From an uncultured Clostridia bacterium (lineage in GTDB: Bacteria > Bacillota > Clostridia > TANB77 > CAG-508), in contig CALXRX010000004.1 in assembly GCA_944390975.1 (NCBI GenBank), positions 23,503-87,502 of the forward strand: DNA of 64,000 nt, read 5' to 3'. Below, piece by piece: positions 26,898-37,945 of this stretch (positions are counted from its first letter, which is position 1; every line of letters begins with the position of its first letter). Under the pieces are notes generated by a model that worked only from the letters and a program-made list of their open reading frames with translations, had not been told where the DNA came from and made no database searches. A program made the translations under genes and the position numbers.

Positions 26898-28279
26898 TAT
26901 AGTTCATTCTCCTCTTTTTTCATTGTAATACTTCCTACATTTTCAACTGCTTTTGTAATTATCATTTTTATTTCCTCAAAGATATTATCTGGCTCACTAA
27001 ATTCATTAAGCTTGTATGAATAAGTAAAATCGCTTTCACTATTAGGTTTGCATTTATATATTTCTTCATTTAACCCTATATAACCATTATTTGTTTTTAT
27101 GCTACAATTCATATAATCTTCATACCATTGTTTTAATCCTACATATTTTTCATCTTTATAACCATATTTAGCATAGTCGTGTAATGCTGGTACATCATAC
27201 CCATATTCTTCTGAATTTCTTTCTAATGAATGCAAAAATTCATGAACAAATACTTCTTCTGGAAATGTATTTATTCTTGCATCATATTTATATGTGTAAC
27301 TTTTAGCACTATTTGGTAATCTAATATTAGAAAACCCAATTCCTAGGTAATCCATTCCGCCAAGACCAATCCAGTCGTATACTGGTATATCCTCTTGGTG
27401 AGCATCATCTCCTAATCTAACACATACAAATATATGGTCATAATGTTTCTGTTGTATATATGGCTCTATTATATTTTCAATATTACTTGGTGCAACAAAA
27501 TATCCATTTTCATCGTCATATGATAGTGTTGTAATTGGCTCTTTTATTGTAATAAAATCATATTCTACTGTCATTTTATTTTTAGATAATTCTTCACATG
27601 CTGATTTAAAACGACTCATGTTTTGCCTCATATCACTAATATCATTCATTGTCATACTTAACTTAATATTATTGGTTGTTCCATTGCTTTTTATTTGTAC
27701 ATTTGTATTTTCAAAAACAAAACATGCAAAATTCCAATTAGTACTAGTGTTTTTATGCCCTGCTTCTATAGTAAAATCTGAAAACCAAGCTGTACCAGTA
27801 CAATTATCATCATACCCACCTAGTCTAAATCCTAAATCAACACTTGTCCTATTTTTAGAATTAAAAATAAATTCTAATTTTTGCCAATCATTAGTTCCTG
27901 TAATGCTTTTAGATTTTTCAACAGTATTTGCAATACTTATATGTGCTCCTGCACTAGATGTTTCTGATTGAGTTTTTACATTATCTGTTTTTACCATACA
28001 AGTAACTTTATATGGTGTGTTTGGAATAACATTAATTGTTTTGTAAAACATTGCATCATTTGCTTGAAGTGAAGATATTTTATAACTACTTATGTCTGAA
28101 TATTTTATTTCATCATCTCTTGTAAATTCAGATGTATACGGCTTATATTCTGTTCTTACAAATTCATTAAAATTATTTATTTTATATCTATCATATAGTT
28201 TTATTGCAATAAATATTAATATAACAACTATGATTAAATATGTTATCCTACTAAAAATTGATTTTTTATCTTTTGACAT
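26897..28279 (-). CDS. membrane-anchored protein with CBM-like jelly-roll region and HExxH (HEFLH) metallopeptidase-like motif
   Basis: Signal anchor. The region [36 protein letters not shown] is CBM4/9-like. [11 protein letters not shown] carries the HExxH. I chose the ATG at 28279 after AAGGAGA. The track start at 28303 is a TTG. Confidence 0.5.
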   Translation of the reverse strand: MSKDKKSIFSRITYLIIVVILIFIAIKLYDRYKINNFNEFVRTEYKPYTSEFTRDDEIKYSDISSYKISSLQANDAMFYKTINVIPNTPYKVTCMVKTDNVKTQSETSSAGAHISIANTVEKSKSITGTNDWQKLEFIFNSKNRTSVDLGFRLGGYDDNCTGTAWFSDFTIEAGHKNTSTNWNFACFVFENTNVQIKSNGTTNNIKLSMTMNDISDMRQNMSRFKSACEELSKNKMTVEYDFITIKEPITTLSYDDENGYFVAPSNIENIIEPYIQQKHYDHIFVCVRLGDDAHQEDIPVYDWIGLGGMDYLGIGFSNIRLPNSAKSYTYKYDARINTFPEEVFVHEFLHSLERNSEEYGYDVPALHDYAKYGYKDEKYVGLKQWYEDYMNCSIKTNNGYIGLNEEIYKCKPNSESDFTYSYKLNEFSEPDNIFEEIKMIITKAVENVGSITMKKEENEL

Positions 28280-28354
28280 ATTTGGTCTCCTTAGATATTT
28301 CAATAAAATCTAATATTTATTATACTAAATTTTTTTAATATATACAATCACTTT

Positions 28355-28708
28355 TTAATTTAAATTTATGTTATTTATTAAATCTTCACATTCTTTCCAA
28401 TTAGAAACCTTAATACAACTATATTCTTTTTGTAATTTATTTAAAATTTGTAAAGTATTATCTTTTGATTCTAAATCTGTAACAATTATATCTTTTATGT
28501 ATTCTTCTTTTCCATATAAAAATCTAAACAAAATTGAACGCATAAAACCTTCAATTTTAGATTCTTGATTTTTAACTGCTATAATTACATAAATTCCATC
28601 TGACTTTAAATTTGTATAAGAAAATATGTATATAATATTTTTTATAATTTCAAATAATCCATATAAAGCAAGTGTCCATATAATAGCATTTAATATAAAA
28701 TCCCACAT
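28355..28708 (-). CDS. hypothetical membrane protein (resembles only the N-terminal part of a GT2 fold)
   Basis: 117 aa with an N-terminal TM. The segment VIIAVKNQESKIEGFMRSIL..IIVTDLESKDNT looks like the first beta-alpha-beta of GT-A enzymes. Confidence 0.4.
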   Translation of the reverse strand: MWDFILNAIIWTLALYGLFEIIKNIIYIFSYTNLKSDGIYVIIAVKNQESKIEGFMRSILFRFLYGKEEYIKDIIVTDLESKDNTLQILNKLQKEYSCIKVSNWKECEDLINNINLN

Positions 28709-28855
28709 AACAAGACCTCCTTTTTTATCATATGTTATTTAAAAAATTGTGTTACTTTAATCATTTAAAATAATTTAAAATTTTATGCTATAATTTAATG
28801 TAATTTTAAGCATAATAGTTTTATAAAGTATTTTGTATTTTGTTAACAAATTTTA

Positions 28856-28884
28856 TTGATTTGACATTTATCTTGTGGTATTAT
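28856..28884 (+). promoter_or_regulatory. pflB promoter candidate (TTGATT-17-TGgTATTAT)
   Basis: TTGATT at 28856-28861, a 17-nt spacer, extended TG at 28876-28877, and TATTAT at 28879-28884. Confidence 0.5.
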
Positions 28885-28917
28885 GAATAATGGAAGAAAT
28901 TTTTAGGAGGTATTTTT

Positions 28918-31152
28918 ATGGAATTTAATCAATGGAAAAATTTTAAAAAAGGTGATTGGCAAAATGAAATAGATGTTAGAAGTTTTATTCAAACTAATTA
29001 TACCCCATATGAAGGACCATCAGACTTTTTAACTAAACCTACTGATAGTACAAAAAAATTATGGGATGAAGTTCTTGATTTATATAAAAAAGAAAAAGAA
29101 AATAATGGAGTTTTAGATATTGATACAAAAACAATATCTACTATTACTTCACATGATGCTGGATATATTGATAAAAACTTAGAAAAAATAGTAGGTCTTC
29201 AAACTGATAAACCATTAAAAAGAGCAATTATGCCTTTTGGTGGAATTAAAATTGTTGAAAAATCTTGTGCTGCATATGGTAAACAAGTAGACCAAGATGT
29301 AGATAAAATCTTTAATACAATTAGAAGAACTCATAATGATGGTGTATTTAGTGTATACACTCCTGATATACGTGCTGCTAGAAGTTCTCACTTAATTACA
29401 GGTCTTCCTGATGGATATGGTCGTGGTAGAATTATTGGAGATTATAGACGTGTTGCACTATATGGTGTTGATGTATTGATATCTGAGAAAAAAGATGAAC
29501 TAAATATTTTAAATGTAGATTATCTAACAGAAAGTATAATTCAAGAACGTGAAGAAATTCATGATCAAATTCTTGCATTAGAAGCATTAAAAGAAATGGC
29601 AAACAAATATGGTTTTGATATATCTGTACCTGCTTCAAATGCAAAAGAAGCAATTCAATGGACATATTTTGCTTATCTTGCAGCAATAAAAGACCAAAAT
29701 GGTGCTGCAATGAGTTTAGGTAGAACTTCTACTTTCCTAGATATCTATATTGAAAGAGATTTACAAAATGGAGTTATAACAGAAGAAGAAGCACAAGAAT
29801 TAATGGATCATTTCGTTATGAAATTAAGATTAGTTAGATTTTTAAGAACTCCTGAATATAATGAACTATTTAGTGGAGACCCTGTTTGGGTTACAGAATC
29901 AATTGGTGGAATGGGAATTGATGGAAGAACATTAGTAACAAAAAATTCATATAGAATGTTACACACATTAGTAAATTTAGGACCAGCACCAGAGCCAAAT
30001 ATGACTGTTTTATGGTCTACAAGATTACCTAAATTTTTTAAAGATTTTTGTGCAGACTTATCAATAAAAACATCATCTATTCAATATGAAAATGATGATT
30101 TAATGAGAAAATATTGGGGAGATGATTATGGTATTGCTTGTTGTGTTTCTGCTATGAGAATTGGAAAACAAATGCAATTTTTCGGAGCAAGATGTAACCT
30201 TGCCAAAACTTTACTTTATGCTATTAATGGTGGTAGAGATGAAATTAGTGGAAAACAAGTTACTCCAAAATTTGAGCCAATTACATCTGAATATTTAGAT
30301 TATGATGAAGTTATGCAAAAATTTGATACAATGATGGATTATGTAGCAAAAATTTATATTAAAGCATTAAATGCTATACATTACATGCATGATAAATACT
30401 CATATGAAGCTATTGAAATGGCACTACATGATAAAGAAATTTTAAGAACAATGGCATGTGGTATTGCTGGGTTATCTGTTGTAGCCGACTCTTTATCTGC
30501 AATTAAATTTGCAAAAGTAAAAGTAATTCGTGATGAAACAGGACTTGCTACAAATTATGAAATTGAAGGAGACTTTCCTAAATTTGGTAATGATGATGAT
30601 AGAGTAGATGATATTGCTGTATCTTTAGTTAAAACTTTTATGAATAAATTAAAAAGATACAATACTTATAGAAATGCAAAAACAACAATGTCTATACTTA
30701 CTATTACATCAAATGTAGTATATGGAAAAGCAACTGGAAATACACCTGATGGCAGAAAAGCCGGAGAGCCTTTTGGACCAGGTGCTAACCCATTACATGG
30801 TAGAGATACAAATGGTGCTTTAGCTGTTATGAATTCTGTTGCAAAACTTCCTTACAAATACTCAGAAGATGGTATTTCTTATACATTTTCAATAACTCCT
30901 TCAACACTTGGAAAAGAAGAGCCAGTTAGAGTAAAAAATTTAGTAAATATGCTAGATGGATACTTTATGCAAGAAGGTCACCATATTAATGTTAATGTAT
31001 TTGATAGAGCATTATTAGAGGATGCTATGGAACATCCTGAAAAATATCCACAATTAACCATACGTGTTTCTGGATATGCCGTTCACTTTACTAAATTAAC
31101 ACGTGAACAACAATTAGATGTTATTCATAGAACAATTCATGAAAGAATTTAA
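28918..31152 (+). CDS. pflB: formate C-acetyltransferase (pyruvate formate-lyase)
   Basis: Active-site IACCVSA (Cys-Cys) and the glycyl-radical motif [11 protein letters not shown] near the C-terminus. Confidence 0.97.
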   Translation: MEFNQWKNFKKGDWQNEIDVRSFIQTNYTPYEGPSDFLTKPTDSTKKLWDEVLDLYKKEKENNGVLDIDTKTISTITSHDAGYIDKNLEKIVGLQTDKPLKRAIMPFGGIKIVEKSCAAYGKQVDQDVDKIFNTIRRTHNDGVFSVYTPDIRAARSSHLITGLPDGYGRGRIIGDYRRVALYGVDVLISEKKDELNILNVDYLTESIIQEREEIHDQILALEALKEMANKYGFDISVPASNAKEAIQWTYFAYLAAIKDQNGAAMSLGRTSTFLDIYIERDLQNGVITEEEAQELMDHFVMKLRLVRFLRTPEYNELFSGDPVWVTESIGGMGIDGRTLVTKNSYRMLHTLVNLGPAPEPNMTVLWSTRLPKFFKDFCADLSIKTSSIQYENDDLMRKYWGDDYGIACCVSAMRIGKQMQFFGARCNLAKTLLYAINGGRDEISGKQVTPKFEPITSEYLDYDEVMQKFDTMMDYVAKIYIKALNAIHYMHDKYSYEAIEMALHDKEILRTMACGIAGLSVVADSLSAIKFAKVKVIRDETGLATNYEIEGDFPKFGNDDDRVDDIAVSLVKTFMNKLKRYNTYRNAKTTMSILTITSNVVYGKATGNTPDGRKAGEPFGPGANPLHGRDTNGALAVMNSVAKLPYKYSEDGISYTFSITPSTLGKEEPVRVKNLVNMLDGYFMQEGHHINVNVFDRALLEDAMEHPEKYPQLTIRVSGYAVHFTKLTREQQLDVIHRTIHERI

Positions 31153-31163
31153 TAATTTTTACT

Positions 31164-31184
31164 GGGTTGCATTTCATGCAACCC
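31164..31184 (+). terminator. intercistronic GC-rich hairpin between pflB and pflA (partial terminator or stabiliser)
   Basis: GGGTTGCAT-TTC-ATGCAACCC forms a 9-bp stem, followed by CCAAATTTTTA. Confidence 0.45.
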
Positions 31185-31211
31185 CCAAATTTTTATACGA
31201 GGAGAATACTT

Positions 31212-31949
31212 ATGGAAAATTTTGATAAAACTACAATGGCAAGAATTCATTCTATTGAAACTTTAGGTACTGTTGATGGTCCTGGACTTAGATTTGTAGT
31301 ATTTATGCAAGGTTGTCATTTAAAATGTAAATACTGCCATAACAGAGATACTTGGAATACATGTGCTGGAAATATTATTACATTAGAAGAATTGTTAAAT
31401 AAAATTGAAAATTATACTAACTATTTTAAAGCATCTGGAGGCGGAGTTACTATTTCTGGTGGAGAGCCTTTATTACAAACTGATTTTTTAATTTCTTTAT
31501 TTACTAAATTAAAGGAAGTGCAAATTCATACTACTATAGATACTTCCGGAATGTTTGAATTAACAGAAAAAATAAAACATTTAATAACTCTTACAGATTT
31601 ATTTTTATTAGATATAAAGCATATTGATAGCCATAAATGCAAAGAATTAGTTGGATTTTCTAATGAAAAAGAATTAGCATTTGCAAAATTCTTAAGTGAT
31701 ACTAATAAACCAATGTGGATTAGACAAGTATTAATTCCAGGAATTACAGATGATGAAAAAGATTTGTTAGCATTAAAGGAATTTATATCTTCCTTATCTA
31801 CTGTAGAAAAAATAGAACTACTAAAATATCATAATATGGGAAAATTCAAGTGGGAAAAATTAGGTTATGCATATGAACTTGAAAATGTACCTAATGCAAC
31901 AAATGAAGATTTAACAAGAGCAAAAAAAATATTAGGAATACTAGAATAA
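31212..31949 (+). CDS. pflA: pyruvate formate-lyase activating enzyme (radical SAM)
   Basis: The radical SAM cluster motif CHLKCKYCHN and GGGVTISGGEPLLQ. ATG at 31212 follows GAGGAG. Confidence 0.92.
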   Translation: MENFDKTTMARIHSIETLGTVDGPGLRFVVFMQGCHLKCKYCHNRDTWNTCAGNIITLEELLNKIENYTNYFKASGGGVTISGGEPLLQTDFLISLFTKLKEVQIHTTIDTSGMFELTEKIKHLITLTDLFLLDIKHIDSHKCKELVGFSNEKELAFAKFLSDTNKPMWIRQVLIPGITDDEKDLLALKEFISSLSTVEKIELLKYHNMGKFKWEKLGYAYELENVPNATNEDLTRAKKILGILE

Positions 31950-32001
31950 GCAAAACAAAATCTCGCTTATTCTAATATTCCTAAATTTTTTATAATAAAA
32001 T

Positions 32002-32655
32002 TTATCTTTCTAATCCAAATATACATTTATCATATATAAACTTAAATATTTTTTCATCATTATTTGTATTATAAAAATCTGTTAATAATATATTAAACTC
32101 CCTTAAGTTTTCATCTTTAACTGTTAGTATTCCCTTACCATTACTTATCAAAAGTTTATTTGCACAAATAATACTTGTTCTTTTATTTCCATCCCAGAAT
32201 AACTGTGCTCTCATTCCATATAACATATATTTTATTGCCCTTTTGGTAATACATTCAATTTTATTTATATCTGCAATTTGAGTCTCTACTTTTTCTTTAT
32301 TAGGTATTTCTGGAATATAATCCGTTCCTGATATTCCTACTTTTCCATTTCTCAATGTTCCCCATTCTAAAGACTCATTCCTTGCAACATTTTCATTTAC
32401 TTTACATACAAAATTTAAATTAAATTCCTCATGAATATTATTTATAGTATATCTCCATGCATCTCTTAAATTAAGTATGCATGTAATATCATCTAATTTT
32501 ACATTTGGTACATTTACCCCCTGTAAAATAGTCTGCGTTTCTGGGAAAGTAACATTACAACCCTCAATTCTTGCATTACTATATATATTATTTATAACCA
32601 ATTTTTTTGCTAGAAAAATATTCTCCTCTATTGTTAAATTAAATTTATCTTCCAT
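32002..32655 (-). CDS. Fic/Doc (Fido) family protein with degenerate active-site motif
   Basis: QLFWDGNKRTS matches the Doc-type motif HxFxDGNKR, except that His is replaced by Gln. ATG at 32655 lies 8 nt after AGGAG. Confidence 0.5.
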   Translation of the reverse strand: MEDKFNLTIEENIFLAKKLVINNIYSNARIEGCNVTFPETQTILQGVNVPNVKLDDITCILNLRDAWRYTINNIHEEFNLNFVCKVNENVARNESLEWGTLRNGKVGISGTDYIPEIPNKEKVETQIADINKIECITKRAIKYMLYGMRAQLFWDGNKRTSIICANKLLISNGKGILTVKDENLREFNILLTDFYNTNNDEKIFKFIYDKCIFGLER

Positions 32656-32786
32656 TTTATCAGCTCCTAAAACGATTATATCAAATAATAAACAAATTGT
32701 CACTAAAATGCTTGCATTTTATGTTTTTTTATGTTAGAATATTATGCGTTATAGTTTAGTTACCAATTTAAGGAGGTGCAACATAA

Positions 32787-33053
32787 ATGCCAAATATTAA
32801 ATCAGCAATAAAAAGAGTAAGTGTTATTGAAAAGAAAACATTAAGAAATAATATGATAAAATCTGGTTATAGAACAGCTGTTAGAAAATTTGAAGAAGCT
32901 GTAGAATCAGGAGATGTAAACAATGCTGAAGCTCTATTTGTAGAAGCTACTAAAAAAATAGATATGGCTTGTTCAAAAGGAGTTATCGTAAAAAATACTG
33001 CTGCTAGAAAAAAATCTAGATTAGCAAAAAAATTAAATGCTGTAAAAGCATAG
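32787..33053 (+). CDS. rpsT: 30S ribosomal protein S20
   Basis: [11 protein letters not shown]....RN...KS is typical of S20. Strong SD AAGGAGG. Confidence 0.96.
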   Translation: MPNIKSAIKRVSVIEKKTLRNNMIKSGYRTAVRKFEEAVESGDVNNAEALFVEATKKIDMACSKGVIVKNTAARKKSRLAKKLNAVKA

Positions 33054-33085
33054 ATGAAAAATTATGCATAGTTTTTTATTTAGGA

Positions 33086-33116
33086 AGGTTACTTTATATA
33101 TAAGTAATCTTTTTTG
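33086..33116 (+). terminator. rpsT intrinsic terminator
   Basis: AGGTTACTT (33086-33094) pairs with AAGTAATCT (33102-33110), including one G-U pair. TTTTT follows. Confidence 0.7.
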
Positions 33117-33216
33117 TTATATATTTTAATTTATTTACTTCCATAAATTACCTTTGATTTTACTATTTTTACGTGCTAGTATTATATATAGATATATAAG
33201 AAAAGAGGTATTTATT

Positions 33217-33465
33217 ATGTTGAAATTAATTATTAATACTTTTAATTCTATGGAAGAACAAATAAAGAAAATTATGAAATACGGCATACGTTTTGCTGTT
33301 TTAGTTTGTTTTTTTGCAATTGCCATTTTAATTACATACACATTTAATTTATCTCCAGATTTATATTATATTGGTTTATCTGTATTTAAATTAGGTTTAT
33401 TTTTTATTGTAGAATTTATTATTTGTGCCTTAGCTATTAACACCATTAAGAAACAAACCGGTTAG
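33217..33465 (+). CDS. small membrane protein, hypothetical
   Basis: 82 aa with two TM segments. ATG at 33217 follows AAGAGG. The longer track ORF starts upstream without an SD. Confidence 0.45.
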   Translation: MLKLIINTFNSMEEQIKKIMKYGIRFAVLVCFFAIAILITYTFNLSPDLYYIGLSVFKLGLFFIVEFIICALAINTIKKQTG

Positions 33466-33552
33466 ATTTGATTTATGTAAACATTTGTTGTATAATATAA
33501 GTATAGCAGTTAGTATTATGCTATAATCATATTCTAAGGAGGATGTCTTAAT

Positions 33553-33672
33553 ATGAGACAAACGACAACAAAAAAATTTACATTCAAGAAAGGACGGTTT
33601 TATATTTATATAAATCCGTTCAACAGCCAAAGAAATTTTGGATATTGGCTTAATTTATGTGAAAAACTTTAG
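33553..33672 (+). CDS. 39-codon basic small ORF (could instead be a structured RNA)
   Basis: MRQTTTKKFTFKKGRFYIYINPFNSQRNFGYWLNLCEKL. AAGGAGGA lies 9 nt before the ATG. An extended -10 TGCTATAAT lies upstream. The ORF contains an internal 12-bp hairpin. It is below the ORF-track length cut-off. Confidence 0.3.
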   Translation: MRQTTTKKFTFKKGRFYIYINPFNSQRNFGYWLNLCEKL

Positions 33673-33744
33673 TCTGATTTTATTTACAACTGAATATGGA
33701 AAAGCAAGTTCCCGTGGGCGGTTTGCCTGTGGGAACTTATTATA

Positions 33745-35190
33745 CTACATTTTATTAATTTCTTCTATAAACAACTTATTTAACATTTGTGGATTAGCTT
33801 TTCCTTTTGTCTGTTTCATAGCTTGCCCAACTAAGAATCCAATTGCTTTATCCTTTCCACCTTTATAATCTTGTACAGATTGTGGATTTGTTTCTAAAAT
33901 TTTTAATACTATTTCTTTAATTGCTCCTTCATCTGAAATTTGAATCCAACCTTTTTCTTCTATTATTTTACTTGGCTCTTTTGGATTTTCAAACAATTCT
34001 TCTATTACTTTTTTTGCAATAGCACTACTTATTGTTCCTTTCTCAATAAGTTTAATTAATTCAGCTAAATTGTCTGATGTAAATGGAATTTCATTTGGCT
34101 CAATTTCTTTTTCATTTAGTATTCTTGAAATATCAGATAATATCCAATTACATGCAGCTTTAGGATTGTTAGTTTTTAAAACTGTTTCTTCAAACAGATT
34201 TGATAAATATTTAGAAGCTGTAATTAATTTAGCTTCACGCTCTGTAAGTTTATATTTATCTAAATATCTTTGTTTTCTACTTTCTGGTAATTCAGGTAAA
34301 GAACTTTTTACATTAGCAATATATTCTTCTGTTAAACGAATTGCTACTAAATCTGGCTCTGGGAAATATCTATAATCTTGTGCATCTTCCTTATCTCGCA
34401 TAGAAAATGTTTTTCCAGATACATCATCCCATCTTAAAGTTTCTTGCTCTATTTTTCCTCCAGATTCTATTACATCAATTTGTCTATCTATTTCATATTC
34501 TATACCTCTAACAATTGAGCGGAAAGAATTCATATTTTTCATTTCTGTTCTAGTTCCTAATTTTTTCTCTCCTTTTTTTCTAATAGAAACATTTACATCT
34601 GCTCTAAAAGATCCTTCTTGCATTTTACAGTCTGATACTTCAATATATTCTAAAATTGATTTTAATTTTCTTAAATATTTTTCAGCCTCATCACTTGAAC
34701 TTATATCTGGCTCAGATACTATTTCAATTAATGGAACTCCCGCTCTATTTAAGTCTACCAAACTTCCTCCACCAAAATCATCATGATTAAGTTTTCCTGC
34801 ATCTTCTTCTATATGAATTCTGGTTAAACGAATTTTTTTCTTTTGCTCGTTTTTATCTTCTATTTCTATGTAACCATTTTCACAAAGTGGTTTATCAAAT
34901 TGAGAAATTTGATATGCTTTTGGTAAATCTGGGTAGAAATAGTTTTTTCTATCATTTTTACTATCTCTTGAAATTTCACAATTTGTTGCAAGTCCTGCTT
35001 TTACTGCATATTCAACAACTTTTTCATTTAAAACTGGTAATGTACCAGGCATAGCCATACAAATTGGACAGCAATGCGTATTTGGCTCTCCACCAAATTC
35101 TGTTGGACATGAACAAAATATTTTTGTTTTAGTTGATAATTCAGCATGTACTTCTAAGCCTATTACAACTTCATAATCTTCTCTTGACAT
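33745..35190 (-). CDS. gatB: Asp/Glu-tRNA amidotransferase subunit B
   Basis: VIGLEVHAEL.T.TKIFC and the C-terminal GatB_Yqey domain. Confidence 0.96.
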   Translation of the reverse strand: MSREDYEVVIGLEVHAELSTKTKIFCSCPTEFGGEPNTHCCPICMAMPGTLPVLNEKVVEYAVKAGLATNCEISRDSKNDRKNYFYPDLPKAYQISQFDKPLCENGYIEIEDKNEQKKKIRLTRIHIEEDAGKLNHDDFGGGSLVDLNRAGVPLIEIVSEPDISSSDEAEKYLRKLKSILEYIEVSDCKMQEGSFRADVNVSIRKKGEKKLGTRTEMKNMNSFRSIVRGIEYEIDRQIDVIESGGKIEQETLRWDDVSGKTFSMRDKEDAQDYRYFPEPDLVAIRLTEEYIANVKSSLPELPESRKQRYLDKYKLTEREAKLITASKYLSNLFEETVLKTNNPKAACNWILSDISRILNEKEIEPNEIPFTSDNLAELIKLIEKGTISSAIAKKVIEELFENPKEPSKIIEEKGWIQISDEGAIKEIVLKILETNPQSVQDYKGGKDKAIGFLVGQAMKQTKGKANPQMLNKLFIEEINKM

Positions 35191-35238
35191 TAACTTTTGC
35201 CTCCTTTAATAATAGACATATTTGTCTATTTTAATAAT

Positions 35239-36696
35239 TTATTTCTTGAATTCAGGTTTATAATTTTGTCTGAATTTTCTTTCTTGTTCATAAGCATGAG
35301 CTACATTTAATATTGTTGCTTCTTCAAAATGATTTCCTATTAATTGAAATCCTATTGGCATACCTTCACTATTTACTCCGCATGGTATACTTATTGCTGG
35401 AAGCCCTGCTATATTTACAGGAACTGTACATACATCTGCTAAATACATTTCTAATGGATTATCAATTTTTGAAGCTAAATCAAATGCTACATTCGGTGCA
35501 GTTGGTGATAAAATAACATCATATTTCTTAAAATTTTTCTCAAATTCATTTTTTACAAGTGTGCGAACTTGTTGTGCTTTTTTATAATAAGCATCGTAAT
35601 ATCCAGATGATAACACATAAGTTCCTAATATAATTCTTCTTTTTACTTCTTCGCCAAACCCTTCACTTCTTGAATTTTTATATAACTCTTTTAAATTACT
35701 AAATTCTTTAGTTCTATATCCATATCTAATTCCATCAAATCTACCTAAATTTGAACTTGCTTCTGCACAAGCAATAATATAATAAGTTGCAAGTGCATAA
35801 TCTGCTACATCTAATGAACACTCTTCTACAATTGCTCCCATATCTTGATATTGTTTAATAACCTTATTTATTGCTTCTTTTACTTCTTTATTTATTCCAT
35901 CTCCAAAATATTCTTTAGGAATTCCTATTCTTAAACCTTTTACACCTTTATTCAAAACTTTTGTATAATCTATTTTTTCTCTAGTAGCTGATGTTGTATC
36001 TTTCTCATCATGTCCTGCAATTACATTTAAAAGAATTGCTGCATCTTCAACATCTTTTGTTAAAGTTCCTATTTGGTCAAGTGATGATGCAAATGCTACT
36101 AATCCATATCTAGAAATTAGCCCATATGTTGGCTTTAATCCAACTACACCACAAAATGAAGCTGGCTGTCTAACAGAGCCTCCTGTATCTGAGCCTAATG
36201 CCCATGGTACTAATCCTGCTGCTACTGCTGCTGCTGAGCCTCCACTAGAGCCTCCAGGAACTTTATTCAAATTCCATGGATTTTTTGTCTTTTTAAAATA
36301 TGAATGCTCTGTTGAGCCACCCATAGCAAATTCATCCATGTTTAACTTTCCTAAAGATACCATTTTTTCATCATTAATTTTTTCCATAACAGTTGCATCA
36401 TAAGGTGAAATAAAATTTTCAAGCATTCTTGATGCACAAGTTGTTTTTACACCTTTTGTACAAATGTTATCTTTTATTCCTATTGGAAGTCCTGCTAATC
36501 TTGTTGTAATATTTTCTTTTTCTATTTCTTCTAATTGTTCTTCTGCTTGTTTATCAGTTATAGTAATAAAAGCTTGTACATCTTTTTCTTTTTCTTTTAT
36601 TCTATTTTGAAAAGATGTTAAAATTTCTTTTTTAGTTATTTCCTTTTTATCTAACTTTTCTAATAATTCATGAACAGTTAATTCATAGATTTCCAT
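35239..36696 (-). CDS. gatA: Asp/Glu-tRNA amidotransferase subunit A
   Basis: Amidase signature [14 protein letters not shown] and [10 protein letters not shown]. Confidence 0.96.
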   Translation of the reverse strand: MEIYELTVHELLEKLDKKEITKKEILTSFQNRIKEKEKDVQAFITITDKQAEEQLEEIEKENITTRLAGLPIGIKDNICTKGVKTTCASRMLENFISPYDATVMEKINDEKMVSLGKLNMDEFAMGGSTEHSYFKKTKNPWNLNKVPGGSSGGSAAAVAAGLVPWALGSDTGGSVRQPASFCGVVGLKPTYGLISRYGLVAFASSLDQIGTLTKDVEDAAILLNVIAGHDEKDTTSATREKIDYTKVLNKGVKGLRIGIPKEYFGDGINKEVKEAINKVIKQYQDMGAIVEECSLDVADYALATYYIIACAEASSNLGRFDGIRYGYRTKEFSNLKELYKNSRSEGFGEEVKRRIILGTYVLSSGYYDAYYKKAQQVRTLVKNEFEKNFKKYDVILSPTAPNVAFDLASKIDNPLEMYLADVCTVPVNIAGLPAISIPCGVNSEGMPIGFQLIGNHFEEATILNVAHAYEQERKFRQNYKPEFKK

Positions 36697-36761
36697 TAAT
36701 TCTCCTCCTTTATTTTAGCTAAAAAGATATATTTTAGTAGTTATATTTAATATACTTTCTT

Positions 36762-37058
36762 CTAATTTATTACTTTTGGAATTTTAAACATTCCATTTTG
36801 GCTGTCTGGTGCATTTTGTAATAGTTCTTCTAAAGTTGATGTTTGTTTTACTTCGTCTTTTCTAAATACATTACATTCATTATCTATACTAATTGTTTCT
36901 TCTAATCCGTTTATTGGTGCATTGTTCACTATATTTGCATAATTTAATATTTCCTCTAAATTTTCTCTGTATTTTTGTACTTCATCTTCTTGTAAATTTA
37001 AATCTGCTAGTTTAGCAATGTGTAAAATTTCTTCTTTGCTTACTTGCATATTAGTCAC
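36762..37058 (-). CDS. gatC: Asp/Glu-tRNA amidotransferase subunit C
   Basis: 98 aa with HIAKLADLNLQEDE and FRKDEV motifs. It is the first gene of gatCAB. Confidence 0.9.
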   Translation of the reverse strand: MTNMQVSKEEILHIAKLADLNLQEDEVQKYRENLEEILNYANIVNNAPINGLEETISIDNECNVFRKDEVKQTSTLEELLQNAPDSQNGMFKIPKVIN

Positions 37059-37100
37059 TCTCCTAACTTTTTTGTTTTTAGTATTATATAATTTTTTTCA

Positions 37101-37130
37101 CAAAAAAACAAGCTATATTGCTTGTTTTTA
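37101..37130 (-). terminator. terminator between the PPIase gene and gatC
   Basis: ACAAGC-TATATT-GCTTGT stem, extended by an A7/T5 run. On the minus strand it is followed by TTTTTTT. Confidence 0.65.
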
Positions 37131-37157
37131 ATTAGTTTTCTCATGTTTTTATTATTC

Positions 37158-37928
37158 TTATTGCAAACTTGTTCCATAATACTGGTTAAACCATTCTTGA
37201 ACATCAAATACATCTGTAGTTTCTGGTACACCATAATCTACTCCAAAAGTTTCAACACTTAAACTTGTAATTACTGGTGGATTAACTGGCTTATCTACTC
37301 CCTCTTCTGCAGAAGAGTCTCTTGTTACTACTTCTACATTCTCAATTGCATGTACTACATCTAGCCCTTCTATTACTTTCCCAAATGCTGTATATAATCC
37401 ATTTAATGAAGGATTATTTGCTGTAGTTATAAAGAATTGTGAGCCTCCTGAATTGTATCCATATTCTATTAAACTACTACCTAATGAAGAATAATCGCTT
37501 CTTGCCATGGAAATAACTCCTTCTTCATGTCTTAATGTATTTTGTTTATAACCATTTGCTACGAATTCTCCTTTAATTGCATATGATTTATCTTCAGAAA
37601 CATCATCTAATATATCACTTAAATTTGGTACTCCTGTACCATCACCATTTTTGTCTCCACCTTGAATCATAAAATCAGGTATTGTTCTATGAAATGTTAA
37701 TCCATTATAAAATCCTCTGTTTGCAAGTCTTATAAAGTTTGCCACTGTATTTGGTGCCATATCTGGATATAATTCTATTTTTACTGTACCATATCCTTCC
37801 ACTTCCATTGTTGCAATTGGATTTTGAGTTTTAACAAAAAACTTTTCATAATATCCAAAGCATAAATATCCTATTAGTGCTACTACTAATATAATAGCTA
37901 TTATTATAATCACTTTTTTTGTATTCAT
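37158..37928 (-). CDS. peptidyl-prolyl cis-trans isomerase, cyclophilin type, membrane anchored
   Basis: FHRTIPDFMIQGGD, SMAR....GSQFFIT and FGKV.EG..VV motifs, with an N-terminal TM. Confidence 0.9.
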   Translation of the reverse strand: MNTKKVIIIIAIILVVALIGYLCFGYYEKFFVKTQNPIATMEVEGYGTVKIELYPDMAPNTVANFIRLANRGFYNGLTFHRTIPDFMIQGGDKNGDGTGVPNLSDILDDVSEDKSYAIKGEFVANGYKQNTLRHEEGVISMARSDYSSLGSSLIEYGYNSGGSQFFITTANNPSLNGLYTAFGKVIEGLDVVHAIENVEVVTRDSSAEEGVDKPVNPPVITSLSVETFGVDYGVPETTDVFDVQEWFNQYYGTSLQ

Positions 37929-37945
37929 AAATTTACCTCCTATAT

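Noticed and set aside
33638-33868. 76-aa plus-strand ORF, plus the neighbouring minus-strand ORFs at 33135-33341 and 33430-33630.
   Set aside because: They overlap the gatB 3' end, the terminator hairpin or the better-supported small genes. They lack an SD and have low-complexity translations.
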